A stretch of 54,722 nt of DNA, filler included, from Piptocephalis cylindrospora (GCA_003614145.1; 3 parts of 3 records of this genome joined end to end with filler, not necessarily neighbours in it), one strand, 5' to 3'. Positions 25,370 through 39,083 are shown, counted from the whole stretch's first letter. The notes: a model not told the origin generated them from the sequence alone. Made by a program: numbers and translations.

Positions 25370-27401
25370 GATAACGCTTAGCCTGCTCATAGTTCACCTC
25401 GGTTCCGAGGCCCTATTCGTAAGCCTCGGCCAGTTTAAGAAGAGCCTTATCCATTCCCATATCCCGGGCTTGGTGAAGAAGGCTTAGAGCTTCTTTGGGA
25501 TCATTTATATGACGTGCCAATTGGTACATGGTCTCGCTGTCCTGTAGCTTCACCCCTTCTTGCAGGCGAGCAACTATCATCTCCTTATCACCCTCTTGGT
25601 TACGTTTCAGTAAGGCCCACACGTATACTTGTCGAGCTTGACGACATTTGTACTGTAGTGATTTTTCGAGTAAGAAAATGGGCCTGGCTAGATCTTGATC
25701 CTGATTCAGCAGCTCCTCCGCAAATAGACGCATCGCGAAAGGGTCTTCTAGGCTTTCAGTCTCCTCAAAATGCTCCTTGGCCTTGGTGAGATTCGCGGTG
25801 GTCCATTCGCCCTGTAAATAAATTTGGTAGAGGAAAAGATGGGCTTCATCAGAACCCCTCGCCGCGGCCTTCTCCAACAGATCTAACCCCACTTTTATAT
25901 CCCTCTCTATCCCTTCACCTTTGATCATGCACATCCATAGGGGCACTTGGGCCTCATTTTCCTAACATGTCATCACACCACCATTTGTACCAGAAAAAAG
26001 TGGCTAGGGTTTGCCGTCCGCTGAGGATCCCAGAAGCTGAGCATTCCTGGAATATCTTGACGGTTTTCTCCTCATCCTTCCTGCATCCGTGCCCATGGAG
26101 ATGGAGACGTCCTATGGCCACCAGGCACATATCTTTGTTTCTTCGAAATCTCGCATGTTTTGTCACCGCCTTTTCCCGGCTTTGCATTGTCCCGAAACCC
26201 TCCTCATACGCACGTCCTTCCAGGGATGCGGCCTTTTCGGAATTTACTTCCTTGGTGCCCATGCATCTACTAAATAGCTCACCGCCACTTCTATCTATAT
26301 ATGTAGTGCAGCTATAGATAAACGCCAAAGCAACGTTCCCAGATTCGCTTAGTGGGCTCTCAGCATCTAGTAAAAGGTCGATTCCTTCCTGTACATACTG
26401 CTTTTTGCCCTCTCCAATAATGTAGTAATAGGTCAGCGACTCCCATATCCGTTCACCCTCTTTAGTTTCTATCATCTTCCGCTGATTTATGGCCTCCTCC
26501 CGGTCCCGAGGTATCCCCAGCCCCCAATAATAAATGAACCAAGGTGGTAGCGTAAGTGAGAATCGAAGGTCAGACATTCCTTCTCCTCATAAAGGGTCTC
26601 CATGGCCCACTCAGTTCTCTTGGGTTGGTGATAAAGATCGGGATGGTCCTTTAGCCTCATGCAATAGGTATATGCCTTGTAATTGGAAATACGCTCCGTT
26701 TCATCGTTGGTGTCATACCGGAGGAGCGAGTTGATCAGCTCATTGTAGAGTTGAAAGTAGCTAGCACTCAGGCAGTTCTCCCCATGTTGCACAACCTTTT
26801 CTTTCTCCTTGCGGAAATTACTATAGATCATGAGACCATAAAAGCCAAGGGCAGAACCGCCATTAGCGGCTTCTTGGAACATTCTCTTGGATTTCTCCGG
26901 ATAAGTGAGAGTTCCATTCGTGTGCCCCAATTGCCATGCATACTTGGCCTTGGCCGGGAGGAAGCCTAGTGAGCCTGCCCTACCCAAGCATTCACGCCGC
27001 AGGGTGGCTGAGGACCTTAAAGAATCCTCCCACCTAGTGGCCGTCCCATAGTAGGTGAGGGCTTTTGGGTCATTCTGAATGGCCGCACGAAGGAACCAAA
27101 GACAGTAGAGAGGTCTATTCTCCTCCAGGCCCTGGTCCCCGTCCATATACGCTTCACCTGGCCACAACATGGAGGAGACGTCCCCGGCAAAGGCATTTTC
27201 GTGCCTCTCCCTAATCTCAGTGCCCTTGAACTTTTTGTATTCCTCCTGGAGGGCCTTGGTTTCCCGGATAAGATAAGTAGTATTCGTTGTGTCGCATTCA
27301 TTATTCCAATTGATGGTGGAGTCGGAGATGTCATAGTACCAGATTTGACTTTTTCTCCAACATCTTGGATCTCCAATCGGTCCAGCGAGAAAACCATTCA
27401 T
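25370..27401 (-). pseudogene. Sel1-like repeat protein, disrupted
   Basis: Sel1 units (GEAYMDGDQGLEENRPLYCLWFLRAA; GRLHLHGHGCRKDEEKTVKIF; KGEGIERDIKVGLDLLEKAAARGSDEA) are spread over three ORFs. Frameshift near 26535 (LRYHLG/FIYYWGLG), frameshift near 25950, and an in-frame TAG at 25413-25415 inside a repeat (LAEAYE*GLGTEVNYEQAKRY). Confidence 0.7.
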
Positions 27402-27989
27402 GGATGTTCATTACTATTGCATTATTTACTTCCTAGCGATTACAGAAGAAAGCGAGGAGATATTAGAAATTCCTCGTTGTGCATCAACTATCACAGAACC
27501 CAAGTAGAACATTACTCTAAAGCGCCATCCATCTATGAAGCTTACATCACCAGGGTAAAGAGTTAAGGAGGCGCATTTCTCAGAGAGCTAAATGGCCTTA
27601 TCAATATAGCAAATTAGCATAAGAAGATCTTTTTCCTCGTCTCCGGAGGGACCATTATACCCGATCATCTCCATGACCGAGAGGAGCCGAGAATGGATGG
27701 GTATGTCGATATCACTCAATAAATACATACTCTTAAGGGCACTCTCTATGCACTTGGTCGTAATTTACATATTGGTTTCGCAGCACAGGTAATATATTGG
27801 TTTTTTCTTCAAATACTTTTTGAGTTTCTGACGAGCCTGTTGAATCCTGTGAATGATAGGGAGATGTTGATATTTTTGGTGAGATAATTATCGCAGTAGT
27901 GTGCCTTTACTTGCATTTAAATGCGGGATTGGCTCTTGAGATGGCCCTGATGGACAATCCAGTCCCCGGGTTAGTACTTTGATATTACC

Positions 27990-29520
27990 TTGAGAAATAC
28001 TTCGTTGATCTGTTCAATGGTCACGTAATTCCCCCCGAGAGGAGGGAAAAACTCGTCCATAAACCTGTCAAGGGCCTCAAAGGCAGCCACGTCAATGGCA
28101 AGGTGGTTCTTTAATGATTCCACCAGTGTTTCACTCAAGGCCTGGCGGTCCCATCCATCGGTACTCCAAATCCTACGTAGTCCATGATGACGAATATACC
28201 AGGAAAAATTAATGAAGATGCTATCGTTTTCTTCGGGAATTGCAACAGCCCCTGCTCCATCCTCTTTACCCTCACCTGCTTCAATGTCTTTAACAGCCAG
28301 GCGTTCCTTGAGTAGATCACTGACAACGCGGGTATCTAAAATTGAGCTAAAGTACAGCCTCTTCTGAATAATGTTACGGAATAAATTGAAAGATGAGAGA
28401 TGAGCAAGGAGAAAAATAAAGTTTACATAAAACAGAGCCGCTTACTCGAATAGCCTTAAGATTCAAGTGCTCGGCAGGGTCCTTTTGCAGGAGTCCCACT
28501 ACCAAATGATACACGGGCGGCTGAGCAAAGTTAGAGGAAGCGATAGGGAATTCCGATGCTTGACATAGCATATGCGCCATAAACGCATGAGTAGGATCTT
28601 CCTCTCCCCAGATGGGGGCGCTAGATGCCATCCAATGGATTATTTGGCCGCAGGAGAACATATCCAGGGCATGTGTTGTCATAAAGGACTTTCCAGCTCG
28701 GGTGGCATGGAGCACCTCGGGGGAACAATGGTCTAGGGTAAGGCCTCTCACAGGTTGTCCGACTCTATGAGAAATCTTGATGAGTGGTATGAACCATCAA
28801 GCCAAGGAAGGACATACTTGCAAGTACAATCAAAACCGATGAGTTTCCATATTCCTTGCTCTCGGCCTGGGCAGGAAAACTGCATGATGTTTCCTGGTTT
28901 GAGACCGAAATGCACTAAAGTATATGGAAATCATGGATGGCTATTAGTCACTTGGGATGAATATATTTAAGATTGGTCAAGAGAGAATATATCATCTTGT
29001 TTCATGATGCAATCACCTACCCAATCCGGCAGTATGCATGGATTCTAGGCCCCCAAGGATATCCTGGGGGGTATGTAGTTGTATAGGAATGGGAGAGTGA
29101 CGTGAGTAGTAAGATCCTATGCGCTAAAATAACTACTTGTGTATCCTTCCTTTATCAAAAGAATGGGTTTTAAGGTAGATATCGGAAATGGAACGCTTCC
29201 TATTAGCCCAGTGCTGAAGACTCACAATACCCAGCTCAAGGACAATAATCGACTGTGGAAACCACTCGTCTTCCTCTGCCTCAAAGTAGTCGATAATACC
29301 AATGACATTCTTTAGTGCAGTAGCGGTTAATAACGACGGAGAATGATCAGTATGGACAGATAGGTCTTTTTGTTTCATGAAAGGAGTTTACCCTAGATTA
29401 TGCCGCTTGAAGGATAAGAAGAGAGGAAAGCTCACGCTGATAGCCAGCATATTGGGCAAAGAACTTGATGATCACATCCCTACCAACTTTGCTAATGGCC
29501 GGCCTAAGGATCGACATACC
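27990..29520 (-). pseudogene. Degenerate Ser/Thr protein kinase-like gene
   Basis: Subdomain remnants in order: DVIIKFFAQYAGYQRELSSL followed by an in-frame TAA at 29398-29400; NVIGIIDYF...IIVLELG; VHFGLKPGNIM (catalytic D>G); WKLIGFD (D>G); TLDHCSPEV; LDMFSCG; LVVGLLQKDPAEH. Confidence 0.65.
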
Positions 29521-30581
29521 CATTTTGAATACGCCGTTAAAGTATATTCATCGATTTCAATGCCAACAGCTATTGAAGAAATTTGACAAAATATCATGGC
29601 TGGCGAAGAAATAGATGCAGCTATGGTCTACCTAGGCCGACTGGCTCAGTGCCTTGCATCTTGACAGCGGTTATAGTAATTTTAAGAGGGAGCTGGAAAG
29701 AGAGAGGGAGGAAGGGAAAGGATGGGATGGAAGGAGCTAGATGGAGCAAAGCAAAATGACTGAATGATGCAAGGGGATCCTGGAGTGTAAGAAAGCGGGA
29801 GAAGGAGTGGGAATATTCTTTAAGGTGGCTGTATCAAGACGGATGGGCTCCATTTAACCAGACAGGCGGAGTTAGCGCATCTGATCGGCCATTATTCTAG
29901 GCAAAGTGGAGGTGGCCTTGGATGCTCTGGGAACCAGCACTGATGTGGATTTGATGAGTTTCAACTATAGTAATAGAGCTAATGTTCTTATCCATACCAA
30001 AGCAGCAAGAATTAGCCCAACAGAACCTGAATACATGTCAACGACTTTCAATAATAATGTTGCAGTAGTCAACAACAGTAATGTTGTAACAGCTTTGGAA
30101 GTCGTTATGCTATTCGTGTGAGGGAAATGTCTGTAGGAAGCCCTAGAGACAGGCAAAGGTCAAAGTGAAAAATGCCTCATGAACGAACAAAGCAAAGGAT
30201 TCGACTGCACAAGGATACCCTAGTATAGTCCTAAATATAGGGGATTATCCCCTTAGATGATTCCCTATAAAGAGCTAGACTTTCGATAGGCACTTACATT
30301 GAACTAGGAGATAGGAAATGGCTTATAGATATTGTACAATGGCTTCATGACCACTGTGCGAGGCGATCAAGGCGGAAAGATGTGGGGTTCATCCTGTAAG
30401 GAGGAGCAAGTTGCCTTTACCCCATGTATACGTGCACATACCCAATCTCACTTCATTCACTTACTATTCACTCCTCTTTTCCCGCCCTTACCTTTACCCT
30501 CTCCCTTCCTCCTACGCATACTCGACTGATACTCTCTCGCAATCATCCTCCCTCTCCTCTACATATTCTCCCTGCCTCAGG

Positions 30582-33500
30582 ATGAGTTCCCAGCGTACCC
30601 CACGCGTGGTCTGGTCACCCCGTCCCGGGTTGCAGCAGTTTCTCGTTGGAGCCTCAGATCTCCGCTTGTTCGAATGGATCCCCGGGGTAAGCCGATCCAA
30701 GTGCTTTGTGCTTCCTTCGTCCATGTAGACTGATTAATACCCTCGTGGTCTAACGTGCATACATATGACAGGCCACCGATGACCAGGCCCAATTTCCCAT
30801 GGTAGCCGTCAATTCCGACGTGCCCCTAATGAAGGTACGCGTCAGCCATCCTATTGTAGTGTTTTCCTCGAGAATACTACAAAGTCTCCACCCATCGGGC
30901 TCTTTAGATAATCTCTTAACTCACAAATCTTTTGTGCTCAACTGCCTCCGTAGTGCTTCGCATGGTCTCCAGACCCACAAGTTAGTGACCTGGTGGCAGT
31001 GGGCCAAACGAATGGAAGGACGCGTCTCGTTCGCCTCCATGCCATTTCCACTCTTAGTCAGGGCCAAGGGAATGGGCAAGTAGGCTCGCAGCCCACATCA
31101 GGGGTAGTGACCCCCTCTGCCCCCGTAGCACTTTCTCCGGGCGGAGGAATGAGCTCTCATAGTCTCATGTATCCTGAACTTCCGGTCAGAAATGCCCGTG
31201 CATGCAATGTCGTTGCATTTTCCGATTCCAATCCCAATCTCCTGGCTTGCGGACTTGATAAGGTCAGGACAGATTACTCAGTTAATATCTGGGACATTGA
31301 AATGGCCCGGGAAAGGGCGGCCGATGTCATTGCCTCCACCTCCACCGTCTCCAATCCGACCCATGTGATCCCCTCCAGCAGTTCCAATTCATCCACAGTA
31401 CGCGATTCAGACTCATCAGGTCATGGACGTTCCTCGAAAACAGGATTTCACGGACACTCTGGCCCTCCAATTGCCCCATCCACTCAGGCTCTACAGGCCA
31501 TCGCGGATGAGCTGCGGCCCTTGCGGCAATTCGGCATGTCCGAGGCAGTGACTTCGGCCGTGTGGATTCCGGCTAGTCCCCATAAGCTCCTGGCTGGTAT
31601 GGGGATGAAAACGGTGCGATTGTATGATATCCGCGCTGGAGAGTCTTCCAATTCCAATTCCTCTTCTGCATCCTCCAGCTCCTCATCCAATTCAAGCCCC
31701 ATCAGCATCTCCACAAAGGCAGTCTACGGGATAGCGCCAGATCCCTTCCATGAGCATCGATTTGCCTCCTATCAGGAGGATGGTGTAGTTCGGATCTGGG
31801 ATTTGAGGAAACCCGTTGATCCTGTCTTATCCCTGCACGTGGCTGCCGCTCCGGGATCTTCTTCATTCTCTTCATCTTCGTCCACCTCTCACTCGAGTAT
31901 CCTGCCTTCTTCCTCGGGTGGAAAGTCCCAACCTATTGATGTGATTTCCTGGAGTCCAAGGGTTACGGGACTTTTGGCGACACATCAGAGAGATGCTATG
32001 AGTGTTCGGCTCTGGGAGATGCAGGAGGGGACAACGCAAATACCCATCCCTACGACTGGCCAAGGGGACCGTATAGGGAAGCCCACATCGGGAACACCCA
32101 CGGGGTCCACAGGAACAGCAGGGCACGGGAATCCTTTTTTCCCCGGATTCATGGGTACCAACTCTAATAGCCCAGGGGAGGCCAAATTCGGGTTTTCCGG
32201 CTTCTTTGGAGGTGGTGGGGGCGGGGGTGGCGGGGGGAATACGACGGCCAAGGAAATTGAATCTGAATCATATACGGATATCCCCGTATTATGGAGGACG
32301 AGACAGACGAAACCTTCGGTCCGTCTCATCTCCTCCTTTGCATGGATCCCAACAGAATCTTCCAGTGGAACTGGGCGTCTCGTCCTTGCCGCCAGGGATG
32401 GGACAGTGGATGCAGTGACCATCCGAGATGCCGCACGTTTGGCCTGGGCGCCTAGCGGTAGCTTGATCGTCCTTGGTGACCGTGGAGTTGCCCACAAATA
32501 CGGGCCGCTTGAGGGGATAGAATCAAGTGGAGGCGGGGGAGGAACCGGTGGGGGGGATGTCCAAGGACATTCGGGGGCCGAAGGTGGAGGAGGGAATGCG
32601 ACCGCAGATTTCCATACTCCTCAATATGGTAACCATACTATTTATGGTAGTAGGAGGGCTTCACATGGTCTGGCGGGTCTGGAGGAACGCCTGGAGGTAC
32701 TAGAGCGAAGCGGTCGGATCCTCGGGACAGGCCCTCGTGGCCAAGGCCAGCGCGGTTCTGGTCGTGGTGCCGGTACCGCTGGCGGAGGAGGCAGCATGGC
32801 CACGGAAAGGAATCGAGTTAGCATGGAGCTGTGTAACGACATCAGCGTAGTGATGCGCCGTCGTGCGCAGGAGGGCTATAATATGAACGCCGAGGAAAAC
32901 ACCAAGCTCCTCAAGGATACTTCCTTATGTGAAGTGTGGGCCTGGTTAGCACGTAAGTGTTTTTAGAAGAATGGTAGGGGGGGATAAGTCTTTCATCCCT
33001 CAACTTAATAACCTCTCTCCATAAAATTTTCAATGATGGAGTAGAGGAGGAAAAGCTAGCTGAGGTGGGAAGGATCCAGTTGGGTGGAGTGAATTTTAGT
33101 CATCAAGGCATTCATCACGTCCTCTTGGGAACACGAGGTATGTTTGAAGACAATTGGACCTTTCAGCATTTATCCTCATCTCCTCTTTTCGATCATTCTA
33201 TTAGCAACTGGAAAGCGAAGATCAGCTAATCCTTCGGCTCAAGGATCGCCAATACCCCAGGCATCATATGGACCCGATGTAGGCTTGGGGAGGCCAAGCA
33301 CTCCTGGGGTCATCTTGGAGATGCAAGGAAGACACGTTCCCTCCCCTGCTCCTACAGAGATGACAGGAGCGGCAATGGGCATGGCCGGGGGAGGAGGAGA
33401 GTGGGTTTTTACCTCCACGCACCGGATGGAGCAACGTCGTTTGGCTCTGCAAATTTGTGGATGGAGTAACAGCGCCAGTGTTCTTGAAGGTGTCCTGCAG

Positions 33501-35234
33501 ACCATGGAGGCCAAGGGCGAGTGGGATAAGGCGGCGGGCTGGGCCATTTTCCATGGTCGGCTCCAAAGGGCCATTGAGGCCTTAACCAATAGCAAGGATG
33601 AAAAATTAACACTGGTATCTGTTGCCTTAGCGGGTTGGGCATCCCGGGAAGGATCCAACCTATTTCCCACTGCCTCAGCTGCATCCACTACACCCTCGAC
33701 TTCCACTTCCCCATATACAGCGGCGGGAGGTGGAGTAAATGAAGGGTATCCAGGGTTTGGCCAGGGGTCCATGGCCTCTCGGGTAGCTAGCCCAGCCTCC
33801 ATGAACCCTAACGCTCCGACATCCGCCCCGATCTCCCCCTCAGCAAGTAACCCCCAGGATACGTCTCCTCAATCGGGAGTCTGGCGGCACTTGTGCAGGA
33901 ACTTGAGCGCAGATCTGCATGGTCCGTACCTTCGGGCCATTTTTGCCTATATAGGCTCGGGAGACTGGTCGGCCGTCCTGAAGCTGGATGACCTTTCCCT
34001 TCGGGATCGTCTTGGTATTGCTCTTCGCTTCCTCGGGGATGATGAACTCTTCCGCTACATCCACGACCTTGCGGATCATGCGGTACGACAGGGGCAAATT
34101 GAAGGGATTCTCCTAACAGGTCTGACCCCTAGGGGCATCGATCTTCTGGGGGCATATGTTGACCGGACAGGTGATATTCAAACGGCGTGTCTGGTAGTGA
34201 GTCAAACGGAGACCCGTCGATTCCGAGATCACCGAGTAGATGAGTGGATCGACAGCTACCGCCGTTTGCTGGATCGATGGAGGATGTATCAGCATCGTGC
34301 TCTCTTGGACATTGCCCGAGGGAAGCGGCAAAGATCAGCGGGAACAGGGGGAGCAGGGAACACTGGAACGGGAGATAGGGCACAAGCTCCGGGGATGGGT
34401 GGAGCCCAAGGCAAGATCCCACGAGGGTCCTCGCTTTCCCATCACTCACCCTCTCCAGTCCCGCCTTCCTCCACCCCCGCCCCGACATCCATTTCTTCCT
34501 TGGTTGGGAGGAAAGGTGAGATGCATGGAATGGGAGCCGAAGAAGATACTGTGGCGCCCCAGGTTTATGTCCGATGCAATTTTTGTCAGCAAAGCATTGC
34601 CCACTCCCTTATGTACACCAGTGTTCGTGGGGGTCATGGGCCTGGGGGTCACGGGGGTGGGGGACACCATGGGGGAGGGCCGGGTGGGGGACCGGGTGTT
34701 GGCGGAGGGGGTAGATTGACCCTTTCCACCACTAGTGTCACCCCAACCGGACACTCTTCCTCCTCCCCCATATCCACGGCCAGTACCACATCTTCCTTCC
34801 CGGGGTGAAATGGCCCAGGTATGGGTGGGGGAGGTGGGGTATTTGGCGGAGGAATGGAGCTGGCTGGATCTCTCTCTCAGTATGGATCAGCGGGCGCTCG
34901 GCTCAAATCGACCTGCTGCCCCAATTGCCGCAACCCCCTTCCACGGTGCGCTCTATGCCTCATGCACATGGGGACCCCATTGGACTCAGGCCGTTCCAGA
35001 TCTTTTGCTAATCCCGAGTATGATCGTACGTATATCTCTTTGACGGCAATTCACTCTTTCTCCCTTCATTCACGTTGCACCTTTTTCTCTGTAGATTACC
35101 CCTCAGGATTCGAAATGTGGTTTACATGGTGTCAGACGTGTCGACATGGGGGTCACGCAGCACATGTTCTCCAATGGTTTCAGGAACATGTACAGTGCCC
35201 CGTGGCTGGGTGTGGATGCGAGTGTTCTTTGTAA
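30582..35234 (+). CDS. MIOS: GATOR2/SEACAT subunit MIOS (Sea4): WD40, helical solenoid and C-terminal zinc fingers; in-frame TGA at 34806-34808
   Basis: Six exons (introns 30687-30771, 30835-30953, 32953-33044, 33138-33204, 35026-35094). Motifs AVGQTNGR, RNARACN, LLACGLDKVRTD, STKAVYG, DISVVMRRRAQEGY, GPYLRAIF, GILLTGLT, YVDRTGDIQTA, CPNCRNPLPRCALCL, WFTWCQTCRHGGH...CPVAGCGCEC. Confidence 0.93.
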
Positions 35235-35897
35235 CTGATCAAGGGTTCCGAACCGGATGAGATGAGATGGAGCTAAATAAGAAAGGAATGGGGCGGCGTT
35301 GGATTTTACCTTGAGATTTCAAAAACACTGTGCAGTTGATGCGTTGATGGGAGGGGAGGCAGAGTGATGATTCTACTTTGTTTTATATACTCTATTGTGA
35401 CAGCGTACATAGGCTGCTTCATGCACGTTGGCTTATCAGGATAAAAAGTCAGTCCCACATCCATCCTCCAAGGGTTCCAAGATCCAGCCGTCTAAGCTGG
35501 TCACGTGTGCAAGTGGGAGCGGGTAGGGGGGTCTGAACCAGTCCCTTGTCATCAAGGCAGCCCCGCCCCCACTGTGGAATCGCGTCTGCTGTGGTGTAGG
35601 ACTTGAGTACTAGGGTCATCGGGGGTACAGCACCTGCGGCAGTGCAGATAGACAGCAACCTTCTTGACCTTTTTTTAAGCATATATATCGTTGCTAAGGT
35701 GGATTTACTGGGCCTTTCCTCCTTTGCTTCCCCCTTTAAATCATCCTCATTCTAGTAGTGCCCCTTCCATCCCGCTCCCTCCCTATCTTTCGCATTACCA
35801 GAAAGAGTGTGTACATTGATCCCAGTCGCTTTTGCCCTCCTCGTCTCCTCCTACTTCTCCTCAGCTCAAGGTTGACGACGAGAGCAGTGACACCGAC

Positions 35898-36489
35898 ATG
35901 CCTCAGAAACACACATTTAAAGTGGTTCTCATCGGCGATGGCGGGGTAGGAAAGACGTCTTTGCGTAACCAATACATCCATAATCGGTTTGCAGCAACTT
36001 ATAAAGCGACGATCGGGGCCGACTTTCTGTCTGCCGAAGTGGAAGGAGCGGACGGCCGAAGGGTCCTACTGCAGGTATGGGACACAGCGGGTCAAGAGCG
36101 ATTTGCGTCCCTTGGCAAAGCATTTTACCGGGGAGCCGATGCTTGCATCCTGGTTTACTCGGTAGCATCCTACGCGTCCTTTGCATCGCTCGACCGATGG
36201 AGACGGGATTTTCTGTGTCATGCATCTCCGGCTGATCCAGCGGCATTTCCCTTCATCATTGTCGGAAATAAGTCAGATCTGGGGGAGGAAAGGGTGGTGA
36301 CGCGTCGACAAGCCCAGGACTGGGCATTACGAACTCATCGAGACTTGGATGAGTGGGATAAGCAGGGCGTCGAGGTCATGCCCTGCCTCGAAGCCAGTGC
36401 AAAGGAGGGTATGGGAGTAGCGGACGTGTTTTCCGCTTTGCTCTCCGAGACATCAATGTGTGTACTATTGAGTGTCGTCCACACGTCCG
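35898..36489 (+). CDS. Rab7-like small GTPase (divergent), 3'-truncated by contig end
   Basis: KVVLIGDGGVGKTSL, YKATIGADF, WDTAGQERFASLGKAFYRGAD, FPFIIVGNKSD, EASAK. Confidence 0.88.
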
Positions 36490-36589
36490 NNNNNNNNNNN
36501 NNNNNNNNNNNNNNNNNNNNNNNNNNNNNNNNNTTAATTAATTAANNNNNNNNNNNNNNNNNNNNNNNNNNNNNNNNNNNNNNNNNNNN
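36490..36589. other. Artificial contig-joining spacer
   Basis: N44-TTAATTAATTAA-N44, identical in design to 18205-18304. Confidence 0.97.
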
Positions 36590-37599
36590 AGGATCCACAG
36601 GTGGACTCTGAGCGGGTCGACGAACTGGGGGGGGGAGTGGTGGGGAGACCCATGGGAGGGTAGAAAAGGGTGGGGGTGGGGAAAGAGGAAAAAAGGGAAG
36701 ATGGGAAGGAAGAGGATGGAGAAAGGATGAATGATGGTATGGGGGGAGGGAAGAAGAGGAAGGGGAGGTATGGGGGGAGTATGGAGAAGTATGGGGGAAT
36801 ATGCTAGGGATGGAGGATAAATGGATGATTGAAGGGGTGGGGGAAAAGAGGAGTGGGAAGAAGAAAGATGGGTAGAAAGTAATAGTATTTATGAAAGATC
36901 ATGATAAATGCAAGGGAGATATCCTGGATAGGATTGAGAGGGAGGAGTGGCCATGATGATGTTCTTTCAAGCTCTGTAGAGGAGGGATGGAAGGCTAACA
37001 TTATCGTTGCATTCATGACCATCTTCCTCCCTCCTGTGGACCCTATTATACTTTCCGCTAACTTCTTCCTTACACTCCCCCATGCCCTTTCCTTAGTCAC
37101 TTGGTGCTGGCATTATTTGATTCGTATGCTCTCATATAGTCATCTTTGATTTTGGGCACGCCTTTCGTAACTGAGGACTACAGCTAAGTCTAATACTGAA
37201 TTCATATGAATTTGGGTTGTCCATTTTTCATGGACATTCAGTCTCGCTACTAGGGATGCACAAGCAGATGTGGGGTCTCCCCCATCTTTGTGTCCCCCAT
37301 TTACCTTGCCCTATCTTCTCAGCCTGGCATGGCTGAATGATGATTCCAGTACCATTTGGCATAACGTATTGTGGTGTGTGTTGTTTCTACACTGGCACTA
37401 CGACAATTTGTGTGGTATAAAAAGTGTGTGTCTAAAAAATATTCAATGTAATAAAGGCCCCTTTCTCTCTCTCTCTCACTACTATGGGACGCGTTTGACG
37501 ATATCGGATCGCGGACATTATTTGTGATAACTATCGCGATCTCAGTTGATGGGATCAAAGCTAGCGTTCTAGGTGTCACCCTCTTTGCCATCTTCCTCA

Positions 37600-38818
37600 A
37601 TGCCAGCCACTCGCCCCGAACCCCTTACGCAGTCTTATTCCCATTATTCTTCTATTCCGGAGAAGACGATGGAGGATGAAGGATGGATCCTTGGCGTGGA
37701 TGAGGCAGGTCGTGGTCCTGTGCTTGGGCCAATGGTCTATGGGGTTTGTTATTGCCCGAAGGGCAAACAAGAGGAGTTGAAGGATTTAGGTTTTGCAGGT
37801 ATGTTTGGCCCATGCATCCCTGTTGCGCACTTCTAAACTCTCCTTGTTTGGTGTTGGTAGATTCCAAGACCCTGGATAAAGGGGAGAGGGATTCTGGATT
37901 AGGCCGAGTGATTGGAGCCAAGGACTGGCTGGGCTGGGCAGTCAAGGTGCTTTCTCCTCAAGATATTTCTAGTGGGATGCTGCGGTCCTCAGTCAAGTAT
38001 AATCTAAATCAGCAAGCCTTGGATGCCACTGTCCAGCTCGTTAAGGGCGTCATTGATCTTGGCATCCCACTTACTGAGGTAATGCCTTTATGGATGAGGT
38101 CGGGGATTGTGTATTGGGTTATCCAGAAGCGCGCTGGCATTGACCGTTGGCTTTCACCTTCTCCCCAGTAGCTCTACGTTGATACTGTAGGTCAACCCAA
38201 TGCCTATCAAGCCAGCTTGGCCACCAGGCTTCCCCGGAATCTCAAGATCACTGTGACCAAAAAGGCGGACTCTCTTTTCCCTATTGTATCGGCCGCCTCC
38301 ATTTGCGCGAAGGTGACACGGGACACTATCATGGAGAAGTGGATGTTTGCGGAGGTGGGACTTGGCCCTGATGTGGTGGGCAAGGCTCTTGGCTCCGGGT
38401 ATCCTAGTGGTATGTGCCATCCTATCCCTCTCTTTTCCTTGCTGCATGTCTTATCCTCGTATATTTGATAGACCCGAAAACTGTTCAATGGCTGAAAAGG
38501 TCAGTCGAACCCATTTTTGGCTTCCCAGGAATCTGCCGTTTCTCCTGGGGGACCTGTGAGCGTTTACTAGACGAATTTGGCAAGGCAATTCGATGGTATG
38601 TTGCGGTTAAAAATAGGCGAAAGGCGGTACAGAAAAATGAATAATCAAGGTACCCATTTTTTAGGGAATGCGAGGATATTGAGGAGGCAAGGGCGAGACA
38701 AAAGCCGGGAAAACGATCCAGGGTAGATAGAGCCTTCCAGTCCACCTCCCAGTATCTTCTACCTGGACCTGGCGTCAGTAAGAGACTGGGATTGGAGTCT
38801 ATGAGGGATTTTGAATAA
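37600..38818 (+). CDS. RNH201: Ribonuclease H2 catalytic subunit A
   Basis: Five exons (37600-37798, 37861-38078, 38172-38409, 38472-38595, 38665-38818). Motifs [72 protein letters not shown]. Start codon uncertain. Confidence 0.95.
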
Positions 38819-39083
38819 GCTGGTAGGTACCTTTATTCTATTGGACGTGTAGGACTGATAACAAGATGTTCAATGTAATATGCTCATTCTACATTAGCAT
38901 TGACTCTAGAAATTGTATCGCATGGAGCTTGGAGGAAAATTGAATGAGAAGGGGCAATAAATTATTATAGCATGCTCGTTTCACTGGTATATGAAAACTT
39001 TCTGTATGCATGTCTTTTATTAATCATCAGGGGGACCTACACAGCAAAACGCTTCCCTTTACTTCATCTAAATATTGAGAGGA

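Noticed and set aside
36590..36900. Purine-rich tract with a possible minus-strand gene start (ATG at 36653, MGLPTTPPPSS...)
   Set aside because: Only 21 codons before the contig end; not identifiable.
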